From positions 50,096,001 through 50,160,000 of the forward strand of contig CM060733.1 of assembly GCA_030704615.1 (NCBI GenBank): a stretch of DNA of 64,000 nt, in the 5' to 3' direction. The notes beneath the pieces are model-generated. The model had not been told where the DNA came from. It searched no databases and saw nothing but the letters and a program-made list of their open reading frames with translations. Of the stretch, positions 1 through 13,160 are shown piece after piece. The position numbers were made by a program, and so were the translations under genes. Positions within the stretch are counted from its first letter, which is position 1. The number at the start of each line of letters is the position of its first letter. Origin of the DNA: Takakia lepidozioides (lineage: Eukaryota; Plantae; Bryophyta).

Positions 1-753
1 ACATGCCCGAAATTTCTTCGAGCTGAGGGGGAGGCCGAAAAAGTACAATGATCACACAACGAAGTCAGAGACTAGACAATGGAAGGTAAATGATTCATTG
101 TGTTTTATGTTCCGTTTCCTAGAGAACCAAAATATTTTCAAGCTCGAATTTAATGTGATGAACAGAGACCGCATTACGAAGCACCGCATTATGAAGCAGG
201 AGACACTAAAAAAATAGCTTCATAAGGGAGGGTGCTACAATGAACGAGCGGGATGGTTCAACATTCGGAAATTCGACATGATGGGGTCTTTTGTAATGTG
301 TCTTGTTTGGTAATGAGGTGCTTGTTCACCTCTTCTTTTCCCAATCTATTTATGTTCTCCACTTGTAACAGTTCTGCAAATGTACCGCAAAAATACTTGA
401 AACATCATATGATCGTGAAAACGTGATGTTGCGGAGAACGCTTCCAAAAGTTTTCATGGTCATTGGGTTTTTCAAGGATTTTCTAGGCACACTATTGGAA
501 CTGTTCCTGGTGGAGAACATGAACAGATTGGACAAATTTGACTTGGAGGAGCACCGCATTCCGAAGCAGGAGACACTACAGAAAGAGCTTCAAATTACAA
601 GGCACAACAAGATGGACGGAGATGAATTGGCAATCGAATCATCATTTGGAGTATAGTGTAATTGACATGATAGTTGTGATTATTGTTTCATCTCAAAAAT
701 TAATATCAAATATCGAATGAAATGTCTAACTTTGGCCCTGATTATTTTCGCAG

Positions 754-2413
754 GAATTTATGCAAGCATGTCAACTCATACTGGAGATGAGTAGCGTGAA
801 GGAGGCCATGGTTCTGGTTCTCTGTGACGAAGACGTATGGAGCCTATTGGAGGAGGTGTTCAAACAGTGGGAACAATGAAAGCTTATTGATATTTTCGGG
901 ATCCAGTGCAAGGGTGAACAGCTACCGCTGAATAAAACCGCTATCGCGAAACTGCAAGGACTTAATAGCAGGGAGTTGAAAAGAGTGGCGGAGAAAATCC
1001 TAAACAGAGACATTTGCATTCGGGGAACGAAATTCAAGGGCGCGGACAAATCCAAAAACACAATGAACGCGTATATTGACCAAATGAAATTGCGACAGTT
1101 TATTATCGACGATGTAATGGAAGTCTTAGGGTGGCCTCGGAGGAGCAAACAGAACCCGGAACCGTATACCAAACAGGAGTGGCGTGATGTGAAAAAAAAA
1201 TACAACTTCAACAAAGCTGAGTTTGAAACTTTTCGAGATCGGCTCAGGAACGACTACATTGTAAGCAAACAGAAGATGAATATGGAGACGCAGCCAATGA
1301 CTACTGCCTTCAAGAAGTATGTCTTGTCATGCAAGCAGACCTTTGAGGATAACCAGAACGCCTTGGCGATTCTACATACGAGCTTCAGGTCCCATTACAC
1401 ACAACTGGGGGGAAACCAAAAATTTGCTGATGCCAGATCACGGTTGGGACTTACATCGAAGAAACGGTTCGACGACATATCAATGGTGTTCGTCAATACA
1501 GTTTGTGATGATGACTCTGTTGTCTTCGAGGCAAAGGACTATTCCAATATCCTGGATGCTTTTGTGGCTCGGAAGCTCATGTCCAGTGCTTTTATATTTT
1601 TCTCGACACAAGAATCATCGGGAAATCTTGTGTCATACATCCGGAATAGCCCTGGATCAAAGTCGTTTATTATCCGACAGGGTTATTACATTCCCGACGA
1701 GTTTGAATCACCTTACAAGAGCTGCACAACTATATTCTCCCGGACGGTCTTCTGCCTTGACTACGTATTTCCGGCAACAGCTGAGGAGATGGTGAATCCG
1801 GACGATCACATTCAAACTGTTTTGTTAACGTTGGACCCAATTAATCCCGTTATCCAAGGACCAGATGTAGACCCGACCTTGCAGGAGAAGGAGTGCAGGA
1901 CTTACACTCATGAGCTGAGGGCGGACACCTACGATTACCTGGTTTTTTTTTTTTGCAGGGACGGGATGTCTTGTGTGAACATTTTCGGAGGACTGGCAAT
2001 GACATACGTTCTGCTTGTAAGTGGATTCTGCTTCGTTTTGGAATTGTTTGTGTTTTCAGTTTGCCAGATTTAACTCTCGTGTTTTTTCTACGTTGTCGGA
2101 ATAGGGTGTTTAACTAGTGTCTGAATTTTTCCATTTTATTAACCTCCACTAGGCAGTGGAGGTTCATGTTATTGGAGTTCTGGATGTATTGGGTGTTTGT
2201 TATTCGGGAGTTTGGTGTGTTTGCTAGTTGTCTCAAAAGAAAGCCTAACCCTTTCAATCTTTCGATGGTTGCAGTTTGTCGGATTTATTTTGATTTCATT
2301 GTTTGGTTTCATTGCAGGAAAGAAATATTCGTGTTCTTGACAGAAACTATGTAACGAAGAAGAAATTTTGTAGAAGCAAGGTGGAGGCTTATTTCAAAGA
2401 CGCTCCAGATTGA
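754..2413 (+). pseudogene. Degenerate spliced gene ending in a divergent N4/N6 DNA-methyltransferase-like C-terminus; probable transposon cargo
   Basis: Exon 754-2016 has an in-frame TGA at 877 and donor GTAAGT at 2017. Joined in phase 0 to the exon at 2318 it reads ...ELRADTYDYLVFFFCRDGMSCVNIFGGLAMTYVLL|ERNIRVLDRNY. This resembles the beta-MTase tail (KP.EL...LI...T..GD.VLD.F.GSG...A....R..IG.E). Acidic and duplicated exons follow to about 3790. Confidence 0.4.
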
Positions 2414-3149
2414 CAATCATACTATCGCAGGAGACGGAGATGATGGAGACTCATTGCAGGATGACGAAGTGGACGAAGAAGATGATGACGAAGGACACGA
2501 CAAGGATCAGGACGAGGAAATGGAGGAGAAACAAGAAGAGGACGATAAGGAGGAGAAAGACAAAGATGAGAACATGGAAATCATCACCGGAGACCAGGGG
2601 CAGATGCGACTAATGTGGGAAAAGGAAAGAGAGAGCCAGGAAATTTCCCGGTTGGATAAACTAGGTAGTACTCCAAATACCCAAGAACGTGTTGCGCCAC
2701 AAAGTGTACACAATGTGGACAGCTCTTCCTCCAGTTCCGTTAACACCACGAATAAAAATCCGGCTTCTCCAGGGGGCCAAGAAGCGACATCGACGGAGTT
2801 AGTTGAAACCTTTAGTCAAGGGTTCACACTTGTGGAAGGTGACGAGCCATTGATTATGTCACCGGATCCCGTTAACAATCTCGAGAGCTGGTGTCCCAGA
2901 ATGTCACCCAGGAAGTGGTTCTGGATGTAGGTAACGAATGACAATTAGTGAATTTTTATCCGTACACACTTCTGAATACAATATGACAATATTGTAATTA
3001 TACATACTCGTGAGTGGCATAATCCGAATGTTTTTTCCATATCCTTTGTTCTGGACTTCCGAATAAAATATATTTCCACCCGGATACATATTTCCGTTCG
3101 CACACCTTTGTGGACAACCACTAACCGATTTGGATAACTTTTCTTGTAG

Positions 3150-3690
3150 ATCCAAGAATCCCATTCGGAGGAAATGACACACACACGAAAAGGCTCAAAG
3201 GAGACTCAAACGGTGAAGAGACACGTGGATCTGACAGTGAGGGCCAGGTCACCTGAGCCGGTTCCGCAAGTAACCTCCACTGTCCAGTCGACGTTGCTAT
3301 CTGCAGGGAATAAGTCGGAGAATCATCCTACTCTCGGGGAGGGAGAAGAGACAGAGCACCACAAACGCGTAATCCAACAATAGATCCCGATTCGGGTAAA
3401 ACATTGGCATTATTCTTATTACTCTTATTATTGGTCTTTCAGTCTCATCTTCGGTATTGCTCAATTCGGTAATTTTGTCGGATCAATTTAAACCACCATA
3501 ATCCTCATCCGTGGGATTCTTTAATTTCCTGTAGATTCGTGAGACGACATCTGAGGAGATCAAACACACAAGGACCGACTCCAACAACACTGAGACGGTG
3601 AAGAGAAGAGTGGATCGGACAATCATTGTCGCTCTATCTGAGCCGGTCCTACAAGTAACCTCCACTGGACAGTCGAGGTTGCCATCTGGT
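3150..3690 (+). repeat. Duplicated exon-like segments (3150-3305 and 3534-3690)
   Basis: Both follow a TGTAG acceptor and share ACGGTGAAGAGA..GTGGATC..ACA and CTGAGCCGGT.C..CAAGTAACCTCCACTG. A further short duplication occurs at about 181-222 and 551-591. Confidence 0.7.
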
Positions 3691-3835
3691 GCCACAGAGA
3701 AGGAGGATAATGTTTGCCGTAGAGATGGGAAAGAGGAGGAGCAGCCTGCCTAGGGATCTCAGCAGCCGCCCCAAAAAACGGCAATGCTTAACTCTATTTT
3801 TCCGTTTCTCTACTTTGGGATTTCTGAAATTGAAA

Positions 3836-4423
3836 TTAATAATGAACTCTTCTGTTATTCCACAGGACAACATGCATTACCCTCCAGTCGACTATTCCTT
3901 TTCTGTCAATCCAAACGATCTGCATTCCCTTCCTTGGGGATGAAGTGCACTTTTCGAAATTAGTTGCCCTGATCGCTGTACATTTCACACGACACCCTGC
4001 ACTTGTGCGTTCGATGTGCCAAACGTGGTCGGGGCATGCGGACTCCAGCACATCAAGGGGGTAGTTTCTCTCCTGCACCATTTTAGTGGCACTGTTAGAT
4101 GCAGCCTGCCGTCGAGTCGGAGGTTCCTCCAGAATGGAGGTTCCGGACATGGATTTGTCATGCAGGGGAACACGAGGCTTCGAGAAGTTATCACGGTCTG
4201 CCCTGTGCGAATCGAAATCCGAACCAGGTGGGGTGTTCAATTTCCTCTTACAGGAGCCGAATCTCTCCTCCCCTTCAAGATGTGGAACTCTAGAAACAAG
4301 TGGCGTTCCCTGGGCATACATGCTCACCGCCCATGCTATCTTGCTTGGATCCCCAGATCTGTTTGCAACACGCAACATCAACTCATGTTTGTCCGGACCC
4401 GTGCCACCAGCCCCTCCTCGCAA
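3836..4423 (-). pseudogene. Fragment of Mutator-like (SWIM-type) transposase, same family as 37107-40678
   Basis: GPDKHELMLRVANRSGDPSK...PHLEGEERFGSCKRKLNTPPGSDFDSHRADR...MVQE...WHIERT closely matches ORF 39020-40678. It is truncated on both sides. Confidence 0.9.
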
Positions 4424-5119
4424 GAATCATCTTCACTTGGACTCAATGACAAGGAATGCAACATCCCATCGCCCACCAAGTCCTGGTGTGGAGAAAAGTG
4501 AGGGAGAGAATGGCCTCCAAGGCCTTATAAGCCCCCCTTCCACACTCGGGGTTCGCGCTGTCATCATGACTGCGTACGCTAGTAATAGCTGCGACCGCCA
4601 GCAGGGGTGGTCGCATTTTTTTTTCTTTTCTTTATTATGTGCGACCACCAACAGGGGGGTGGTCGCAAAAAATTTATTTTATTTAATAGGTGCGACCACC
4701 AGCAGGGGGGTGGTCGCAGAATTTTTATTTTTTTAATAGGTGCGACCACCAGCAAGGGGGTGGTCGCAGATTTGTTTATTTTTTTTAATGGGTGCGACCA
4801 CCAGCAGGGGGGTGGTCGCAGGTTTGTTTATTTTTTTTAATGGGTGCGACCACCAGAAAAGGGGTGGTCGCAGTTTTTTTTTTTTTTTAATAGGTACGAC
4901 CACCAACAGGGAGGTGGTCGCATAATTTTTCTTTTTTTTAATAGGCGCGACCACCAGCAGAGGGGTGGTCGCAAAATTTTGTTTAAAACAAATAGGTGTG
5001 ACCACCACCTCCTGGTGGTCGCACTATTTTCCTTTTCTTTAATAGATGCGACTACCAACAGGGGGGTGGTCGTAGGGGGGTGGTCGCATAATTTTCCGAT
5101 TTTTTAATATCTACCAACA

Positions 5120-5365
5120 GTCAGTAGCTCAGTTGGTTAAGTGCACTGAGTGCGACCCGGACAATTCTGGGGTCAAATCTTGCTACTTGATGGGTGTGGT
5201 ATGGTCCGTGTGTGGTGCCCCATTCCTACGCCTCTTGGCGCATAAATGAAAGAGGTTATTTTCTCCTCTCACTACTAAGGGGCCTGATTTGTGAGCTGTC
5301 GCTCCCAGGTGTTTCCCAAAATTTAAAGATAAATAAATAAATAAATTAATTAATTAAAAAAAAAT
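5120..5365 (+). mobile_element. tRNA-derived SINE inside the hAT subterminal array
   Basis: A-box TAGCTCAGTTGG, B-box-like GGGTCAAATC and an (AAAT)n/poly-A tail. Shares CATAAATGAA...TTTTCTCC...AAGGG(G)CCTG with the copy at about 12955. Confidence 0.65.
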
Positions 5366-6733
5366 CTGCGACCACCAACAGGGGTAATCAGTAAATCAGT
5401 AAATAGGTGCGACTACCAGCAGGGGGGTGGTCGCAACATTTTTCTTTTATTTTAACAGTTGCGACGACCGCTACTGGTGGTCACACAATTGTTTATTTTA
5501 AAATAGGTGCGACCACCAGGAGGTTGGTCCCCTTGCACTTGTATGTATGTTTGGAGAGGCAGATGAAAAGCACATGTATCGACTCCCCATGGATTTGTGA
5601 AGGGGAAGATGAATGTTGGGAGCTGCACCTGGCTTTTGTGGCTTTCGAAACCATAATAGGAAATCAACAATGTAAAGGTAATGAATTAACACAAACACAC
5701 GCTCAACCACCAAACCCTTTCTTGGGTACACATATTCCACCATTTTTATTTCCATACACGTATGCATGTACCCAAACTGAAACATGGATATCCATGGAAA
5801 CATACTACACATCATGTGACAGGTCACAGAAAATATAGCTGTACCTAATTCCGTCTGGCATGACGACGATGGTATGATCTCACGTCTAGTACAAAATCTT
5901 CGTCCCCACTCACTTCACCTCCGTTCCCATGATCAGTGCTAGAATCATGATCTCCATCTGTTCTTTCGTTTCCAGAGGCAACTGGCCGTTGGACTTGTAG
6001 TCGTCCTCGGAGTACGTTCAGTTGTCTATCTGTTTCCACTCCTATCATGAATACCATCTAGGGTATCATGCCTGTTCACAGGTCGGTCACTAACAAAAGG
6101 TTGCACAATTCTCTGCCGTTTCTGGGCTTGTCCCGGATTTCGTGGTGGCCTTGGAGCAGGTCTCGTATGAGGAAGACTACTTGCACGTACATCAGAGGGG
6201 CCGACATGAGAGGAAGGGGCATGAGATGGACCAGCGAGGGTCGAGGGAGCACGGTTCACATGCGGACGTCGTCGGACCAGATGAAATGACAATGGCTAGT
6301 CGTCGTCATCCGATGGTTCGACTTGCATAAGTCCCGCAGCAGAAGAACTATCTCCCAGGATCGGAGTAGCGATGGAAAGAAATAAATATAAACGACGCCT
6401 CCCGAAGGGAGCGTAACTTATGGTGTCACTTGACCCCGAAGGGCTACTGCCTTCTAGCAAGAAGGTGGACACCTTCATGACACACCAGACGGTGGTTTGA
6501 ACCCACAACCACATCCAACGTGGTATGTGCCCATTACCACTGGGCTACATGCTGGTTGTCGCGATGGAAGGAATTACATGAGGGGGAGAGAGACCAGATG
6601 GACCAGCATGGGATGGACCGGCTTGAGAAAGAGAAACATGAGATGGAGCGGGGTGAGATGAAGCACGGTTCACAGGGGCACGATGTCGGTGAAGGAATGA
6701 CAACGGCCGGTTGTCATCATCCGACGATTCGAC

Positions 6734-9023
6734 CTACACATCTCCCGCAGTCCGTGGAATTCGTGGTGGGGGAGAGTTGACCTCAACTTCATTGTTGAGA
6801 GTGTGCTCCACTTGGGGAAGAGGGTCTGCAATTGGGATGACACCATGTCGCAGTTCATCAACAACAAGGTCATCGAATGATGGATGCATTGCAGCATCAT
6901 CGTCATTAAATTCATATGGGTCATGTGGAGGATTGCCCACATCATCGGACCCATCCCAACCATTGGAGTTGGAGTCCCTTGCGGCGTCAGTGTCATCATT
7001 GCTGCTAGATTGGACCTCTGAGGCAGATTCTTCAGACAACAGATTCTTCTCGTACCATGCAGATGCGTCACTTGCTCTCCTCTCTCGCAGTAGCCTACAA
7101 TTCGTGTAGACATAAACCAATTTGTCAGCCCTGGCAGGATTCAACCTGTTGCGAATCTTGTTATGAACAAACGAGTAACTGCTCCAGTTCCGCTCACAGG
7201 ATGAGGCAGAGCACACTTGAACAAGAATACGCTTTGTAATGGGAGCTAACGTTCTTGCTCTAGCTCCAATCTGATTCCCACCATTCATGTGACAACATGT
7301 TCATTGCTTTTGGATCCAGCATGTCATGGAAAAGATTCTGCCGATCCGAGAAGCATTGGTATTCGGACAACGCTCGCTCTGCCATGCTCAAGGGCGCAAG
7401 TTGCATGATGACTCGTACAAGCCCGGCTTTGGCATCATCATCTCTCAAATCCGTATTGTCCAGCAAGAATGGATTCAGCAAGGCCCCCGCATAATGCAAA
7501 TCCGTGCGAACCATCCGTTTGCGGTCGTAAAATGCATCCTTAGTTCTTGCCGCCAAATCATCGTCCATAGAAAATGGAGGACGCCTCAAGGATTGCACGT
7601 GATTCTCAAGGTTTTCCAATATCAACCATGTTTTATCCATTATTGGTTGTTTTCCATCAAACTCCCGCAAAGCAATCAACACCAGCTCCACCATGTACGC
7701 AAAATTTGCACATTTCGCCCAGAAATCGTCAGAGCAAATGATTGCGCGGACCCTCCAACTTTTGCTCAAAGACTTGGACTTATGAGAGTCGCGTAAGGTG
7801 CCCCCATACGCATCCCATTGAGGGTCAATGATCACCTGCTCCAGACCTGCCCTCACAGTCACCAGTCGATCCACCATCAAAAAGTTTGTGGCAAAGCGGG
7901 TTTCATCCAGGTTCCTAAGGCTGTATTTGGGTTCATGCTTTCTAAACAATGCCAGAGGGATGTGATGTGTACGAATGAACGTCACAACCGACTTTACCGT
8001 TTTTACTAGTTGTTTCATCCATGATTCTTTTCCCCAATCCTCCAAAAGAAGATTAAAGATATGAGCAACACATCCTTAGTAATATAGATGGGGATATCGT
8101 ACCATCAAAATATCGGCCATATTAACCATGTTAGATGCATTGTCCGTGCACACTTGGACAATTTTATCAGCTCCAATTTTATCGATGTAACTCGTCAACA
8201 ACCCTGTTTGATAACGTGCATCTTTTCTCTCCCCGCTTGTGTCAACGGATCCCAAAAATTGTTCCCCGGCAGGACAGGCCAGCATGACATTGAACAGTGG
8301 TCGATTAGTAACAGAATTCCAACCATCCGCACATATAGTGCTTCCATATTTCCGGAGAGAATCACCTGTCTTTTCATTCACCTTTTGGGTGAGGTCAGAC
8401 ATAGCCTCTTCTAGCAATCATGTGCGGAGATCGCGATAACTCGGAGGTGTGTATGTGGACTTGGAATCGGACGTGGCTTTGACAGCAGCCACAAACGCAG
8501 GAAGCCTCGAGACATTGAACGAAATATTGGCCTCGTAGAAAAATTGGGCCCACTTCTTATCAAGAGTCCTCCTGTGCGACAAATTTAAGCCTTCTTGCAT
8601 TGATTGTTGCCTCAATGGTCTGGTCCGTACAAGTGCTGGCGTACAATCGGGTGTTGCTCCTGACCCACCGGCTTCTCCACAAACAGCAGACGCCTCGCAA
8701 GAATCCCCCTGGGTACAACTCTGAGGGACAGTTTGATTCGAACCTGGAGTGTTTGGCTTAGAAGCCGCGGCCACATCAAGAGATGGTGGGATATTGCCTC
8801 CACATTGGGCAAAGTGGGCTTTCACTCGCATGGAGGCTTTTGGGCACAAACTAACCCCTGCATTCTTCCTATCTCTGTAGCCGAGGTGATATAACATGCG
8901 ATCTTTGCGACCCGCCAGCTTCAATGCACAAAGATTGCATTGAACACCGTCTTTTTTGTGCGGGTCTATGGTGAACCAAGGGATCCACTCCTCCCTCATC
9001 CTCACACCCAAAACCCTAACCAC
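6734..9023 (-). pseudogene. hAT transposase pseudogene (BED-like zinc finger, DUF659, C-terminal dimerisation domain)
   Basis: Motifs CNLC..MLYHL, WAQFFYEANISFNV, TICADGW, QVCTDNASN, GCVAHIFNLLLEDW, ETRFAT, SASSCERNWS, RNRL...RADKLVYV. In-frame stops at 8418 and 8076 and a frameshift near 7270. Confidence 0.92.
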
Positions 9024-12000
9024 AGACTTAAGATTGAACGAAGAACACTAGTGTACTTGGTAGATTTGTCAAGAGCAACAGAAGGTAGAACAGAATGAGA
9101 TGGCCCAACACTACGGTATCAATCCAAGTGGATCAATGCACCATGTAGTATTGTGCTTTTCGACAATTTGCTGCAGTGGTTCTGGTGGAAGCCACAACAG
9201 CAAACGGTCCGCACCTTCTTTTTGGGCTTACAATCTTGCTCAAAGAATAGAGAACATTTACTCGCCACAAAAGTGTTTGTCACAAAAGAAGTGAGGGGCA
9301 TTGGGACCACCTTATATACCCTCCAACCTCCAAGCCTCACACGCTCGACAAATCAGATCCAATGCTTCGACTGCTCCAGGTCGCACGAGGAAGTCGCATG
9401 TTATTTTTTTTTAAAACTGCGGCAACCACCCTCATGTTGGTGGTCGCACCTATTAAAAAAAAGAAAAATGCTGCGACCACCCCCATGCTCGTGGTCACAA
9501 AGATTATTTAAAAAAATAAAAAAAATTGCTGCGACCACCCCCCTGCTGGTGGTCGCACCTATTAAAAAACAGAAAATTTCTGCGACCACCCCCCTGCTGG
9601 TGGTCGCACCTATTAAACAAATAGAAAATTTCTGCGACCACCCCCATGCTCGTGGACACAGAGAATATATATATATATTAAAAAAAAATTCTGCGACCAC
9701 TCCCCTGTTGGTGGTCGCACCTATTAAAAAAACAGAAAAATGCTGCGACCACCCCCATGCTGGTGGTCGCAGATATTAAAAAATAGAAAAATGTTGCGAC
9801 CACCCCCCTGATGGTGGTCATCTTAAAGATTGTTGGCCGAGCAATTATTGTACGGGACGCTAACCGCTTTCACCACTTTGAAGATGGGATTTGTTCTTGT
9901 GGTGATTACTAGTGAAAGGATGTCTTCTTGGAAAGATGTGAGTGTCTTGCTTCATTCATTGATCTGTGACTTAGCTACTCACACCATCCACCATTTCCCG
10001 AAAGTATTGACCATGATGTACTGTTGAGTGCATTTCCTGTGCCATAAATCCACAGGAAATGATCCCGGCATAGGTGGGAAGTCAGCCCATAATTGCACTT
10101 GACTGAAGGGGTGATTTTTGACTGATTCTGGTGACAGTGGATGGAAATCAGAGTGCTGTCCTAATTCTGGGTTTGGGTGGTGAAGCTTCTCCAAAGCTTC
10201 AAGATGGAAGTGAATACGAATTTTAATGAGCTTGATGAGAGGGGCAGCCCTGTGCACAAGTTTTTGTTCAGCATCTTAAATTTGGACATGTGTTTGTTTA
10301 TCGTGGTGTGGCTTTGGATGGAGCCCTTGATGAACTTGCATGAATATTGTCAAAAGCTAGCCTTAACCCACCAAGATCCAATCCCATGGTGGATGCTTGA
10401 AAGTTCATACAATGAATATAAGGGTATTTGGATATGTTGTTATTGATTGATGCGGCTTGCGAAAATTGAATGTTGAAATGCAGATCCGCCATTTTTCTTC
10501 CAGAAAAAAAAAGCACATGGGATCTCTGCATGTACCACCGCGGGGATGACCCAGCCCTTTTTTTTGTGAAAAATTGAACATAGTTCTCAGAATTCGTCGC
10601 TAGTAGTGCGGAGCAACGTGAAGCCCTAGTTACTATTAATCATTACATTTGTTTCAAGAATCGTGGAGTAGCCTAGTGGTATGGAGATACTCGTGGTGTG
10701 TAAGGTGGTATTGGTTTCAAATCTGTGCAACGAAATATATGTATTTTCAAAGTTTTCGAAAAACTCTAGATTGTATGGTGATTTGAACCCTCGATTGGTG
10801 TCATGACAATGCTAATCCTTACCACTACGCTACCCTCTTACTCAAGCTAACCCCTTGCTGTAGACTTATATTTAAGGTATTGTTTACCCCCCTATGTATG
10901 TATAATGTTGTACATGGGGGGGGGGGTTAAAAATACCCCCCTCTTGTGCACGCACGCTGGTACAGGTTGGCTGGTACAGGTCGCCAGGGGGCCCCAAATG
11001 GGAATTCAGTGTCGGTCTGCTGCCGGTCTGCCGAAGCATTACAAAGGTCTGCTGGAGGACGGGTCACAGAAGAAAGGTCCACTGAACCGGGTCTATTGGA
11101 CAGACCCACAGTATGCGATACAGGATGGATCTGTTGGACTGACGGAGGTGGAGGGAGGTCTACTGCCGGGCCGCTCGCACTAATTGTTGCAATAGCATCG
11201 GCGGACTGTGGATACAGACTGAGGATGTACTCCCGAATATCCCTAACCTCGTTCTGGACAAGTGCATTTTCCAAGGGAAGACCATTGGACTTATGCTTCT
11301 AGATTTACAAAGCTCTGTGAACGCGGTTGTCCTGAGCATTTGACTCCTGAAACTAAGCAAAATATTTTAGCCCACGGAAAAAAAGAATGAAGACCGGAAC
11401 TTAGACTTGGGTGGCAGACCTACAGACCATATCTGGCAGACTGTTTCTTATATGGGAGGCCATCAGACCACAACAATAGACCAGAACAGTAGACCAGAAC
11501 AGCAGACCACAACAGTAGACCAAGCAGAGTATACAGCTTAAGAGAACACGGGGAAGACCCTACAAAGAGGCTGTAAAGTACCAGTAGGCCGTCGTAGTCT
11601 TCATCCCGTGGACATGATCGTGCCTCCACCCACTTCCTCTTTGTTGTGTAAATGGTTCTCTGATCTTATATAACCATACAAAAACGGGAAGAACTGCGGA
11701 TCTGATTCTTGTGGGCACTCGGAAGGCAGAAGGTCGTGTGGAAGGAGGCACAGTGTGCCAGGGCGGACAAGAACGTCATTGAGGGTCTGCTGGTTGAGGG
11801 TTCGCTTCTTCGGTCTGATTGAGGGTCTGCTAATTAGGTCTGTTTCCTCCATGGGGGTATTCGAGTCAATGTTTATGTCATGTACCGGCGGGGCGTACCC
11901 AATGGGGTCTGAGACCAAATATGGTCTCACGATTAGTTGCGGCAGCTCCGTCGTCATGTCCTGCATATCACCCTCTTCATGGGACTCTTCGTCACTAGAG

Positions 12001-12954
12001 TCATCCTCACTGGATGGCAGAGTTTCAACAGCAGGGTCTGGTCTGCTGGCCTTGGTCCGCTGGGACGGTCCTGCTTGCACTCCACTTGTTGTCACTCTCT
12101 CATTTCGTGGTCTGCCGGAGGCACCTGTGGCTTTTGCGCTCTACATTCTTTTTGGCGCCATCACCGAGCTTCCTTTTCTTCACTGGCACATCGCGGCCGG
12201 GGCCCAACAGACCTGCTTGAGTATGATAACGCTGTCGTACTTCATCGACAGACCAGGCAACGACAGATGCACCCCTCAACTTTATGACGATTTCTTTACC
12301 AGCCTTTGAAGAATTTGGCTTGGGCCACGGCTTGAAATTGTCGGGGACGACACCTTTGCATCCTCCATCAAGGACATGGCGGTTAGAGTCTCTTTGTCCT
12401 TCACGATATCACGGCAAAAGGGGCACTGAAAACGATGTCATTTCTATTTATCCTTGTCTACGCGCAAGTCCACAAAATTGAATGCTTCACTACAACAGAT
12501 TGCGGCTTTTATGACTCCCATGGGTGCGTAGTCATGACAGATTTGTGGCAGAAATGCCATTTGCAGTCGTAAAATGCTTTTGAAGTCATAATGCAGGTCT
12601 GGGGAAGGCGTATATGCGACTTCATGGCTCCGGACTCTGCGCAACACAGGTCAAACATATTTGACCACGAATATTGGCATGGCAAATATGACTACCAGTC
12701 ACGGTCATGGCTACACTGGAATGACGTGTGCATATTGCTAGACAGACATACGACTTCATGACTCTCACTCTAATGCATTCTGCCAGATCATCACATGGAT
12801 GAATCACTACATGACTGCACGTGTCGACACATGCTTTTTTGGTTATATATATAATATATGAGTATTTATATTTTGAAAAAATGGAGACTCTGATCACTAG
12901 AATGAATTAAAAAAAAACAAAAAAAAAATCAAAGTGCAAAAAGATTTAGAAAAA

Positions 12955-13160
12955 AGCACATCGGTTGGTAAGTGCGCAGTGTGTCGCCCCGGTGGTTTGG
13001 GGTTCAAACCCGCTGGCCTTATCCCGTGTGTGGGATTGTTCGTGACGGTATGTTTGGGCGTTGATCATCTTGTAGGTCTTATGGCCCATAAATGAAGGCG
13101 GGTGAATTTTTCTCCCTCCTCAAGGGCCTGTGGTTTCTTTTAAGAAAAAAGAAAAAAGAA
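12955..13160 (+). mobile_element. tRNA-derived SINE (related to 5120-5365)
   Basis: Degenerate A-box (CGGTTGGTAA), B-box GGTTCAAACC, shared 3' motif and A-rich tail. Confidence 0.55.

Larger units (their letters stand above)
4572..9862 (-). mobile_element. Decayed hAT DNA transposon with palindromic subterminal arrays
   Basis: Internal hAT transposase. Both ends (4590-5520 and 9420-9820) carry many copies of the hairpin TGCGACCACC-AGCAGGG-GGTGGTCGCA, in opposite orientation at the two ends. Terminal IRs are imperfect and no 8-bp TSD was found, so the exact ends are approximate. Confidence 0.8.

Noticed and set aside
5120-5200. Functional tRNA gene
   Set aside because: A/B boxes are present but there is no convincing cloverleaf, and it continues into a SINE body and A-tail.
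4590-5520. CRISPR-like array or small ORFs in the hairpin repeats
   Set aside because: Linkers are low-complexity T-tracts and the array is mirrored at the other end of a hAT element. The ORFs are repeat artefacts.
10600-10631. Helitron 3' end (…CCCTAGT)
   Set aside because: The upstream hairpin is too weak, and no 5' TC end or RepHel sequence was identified.
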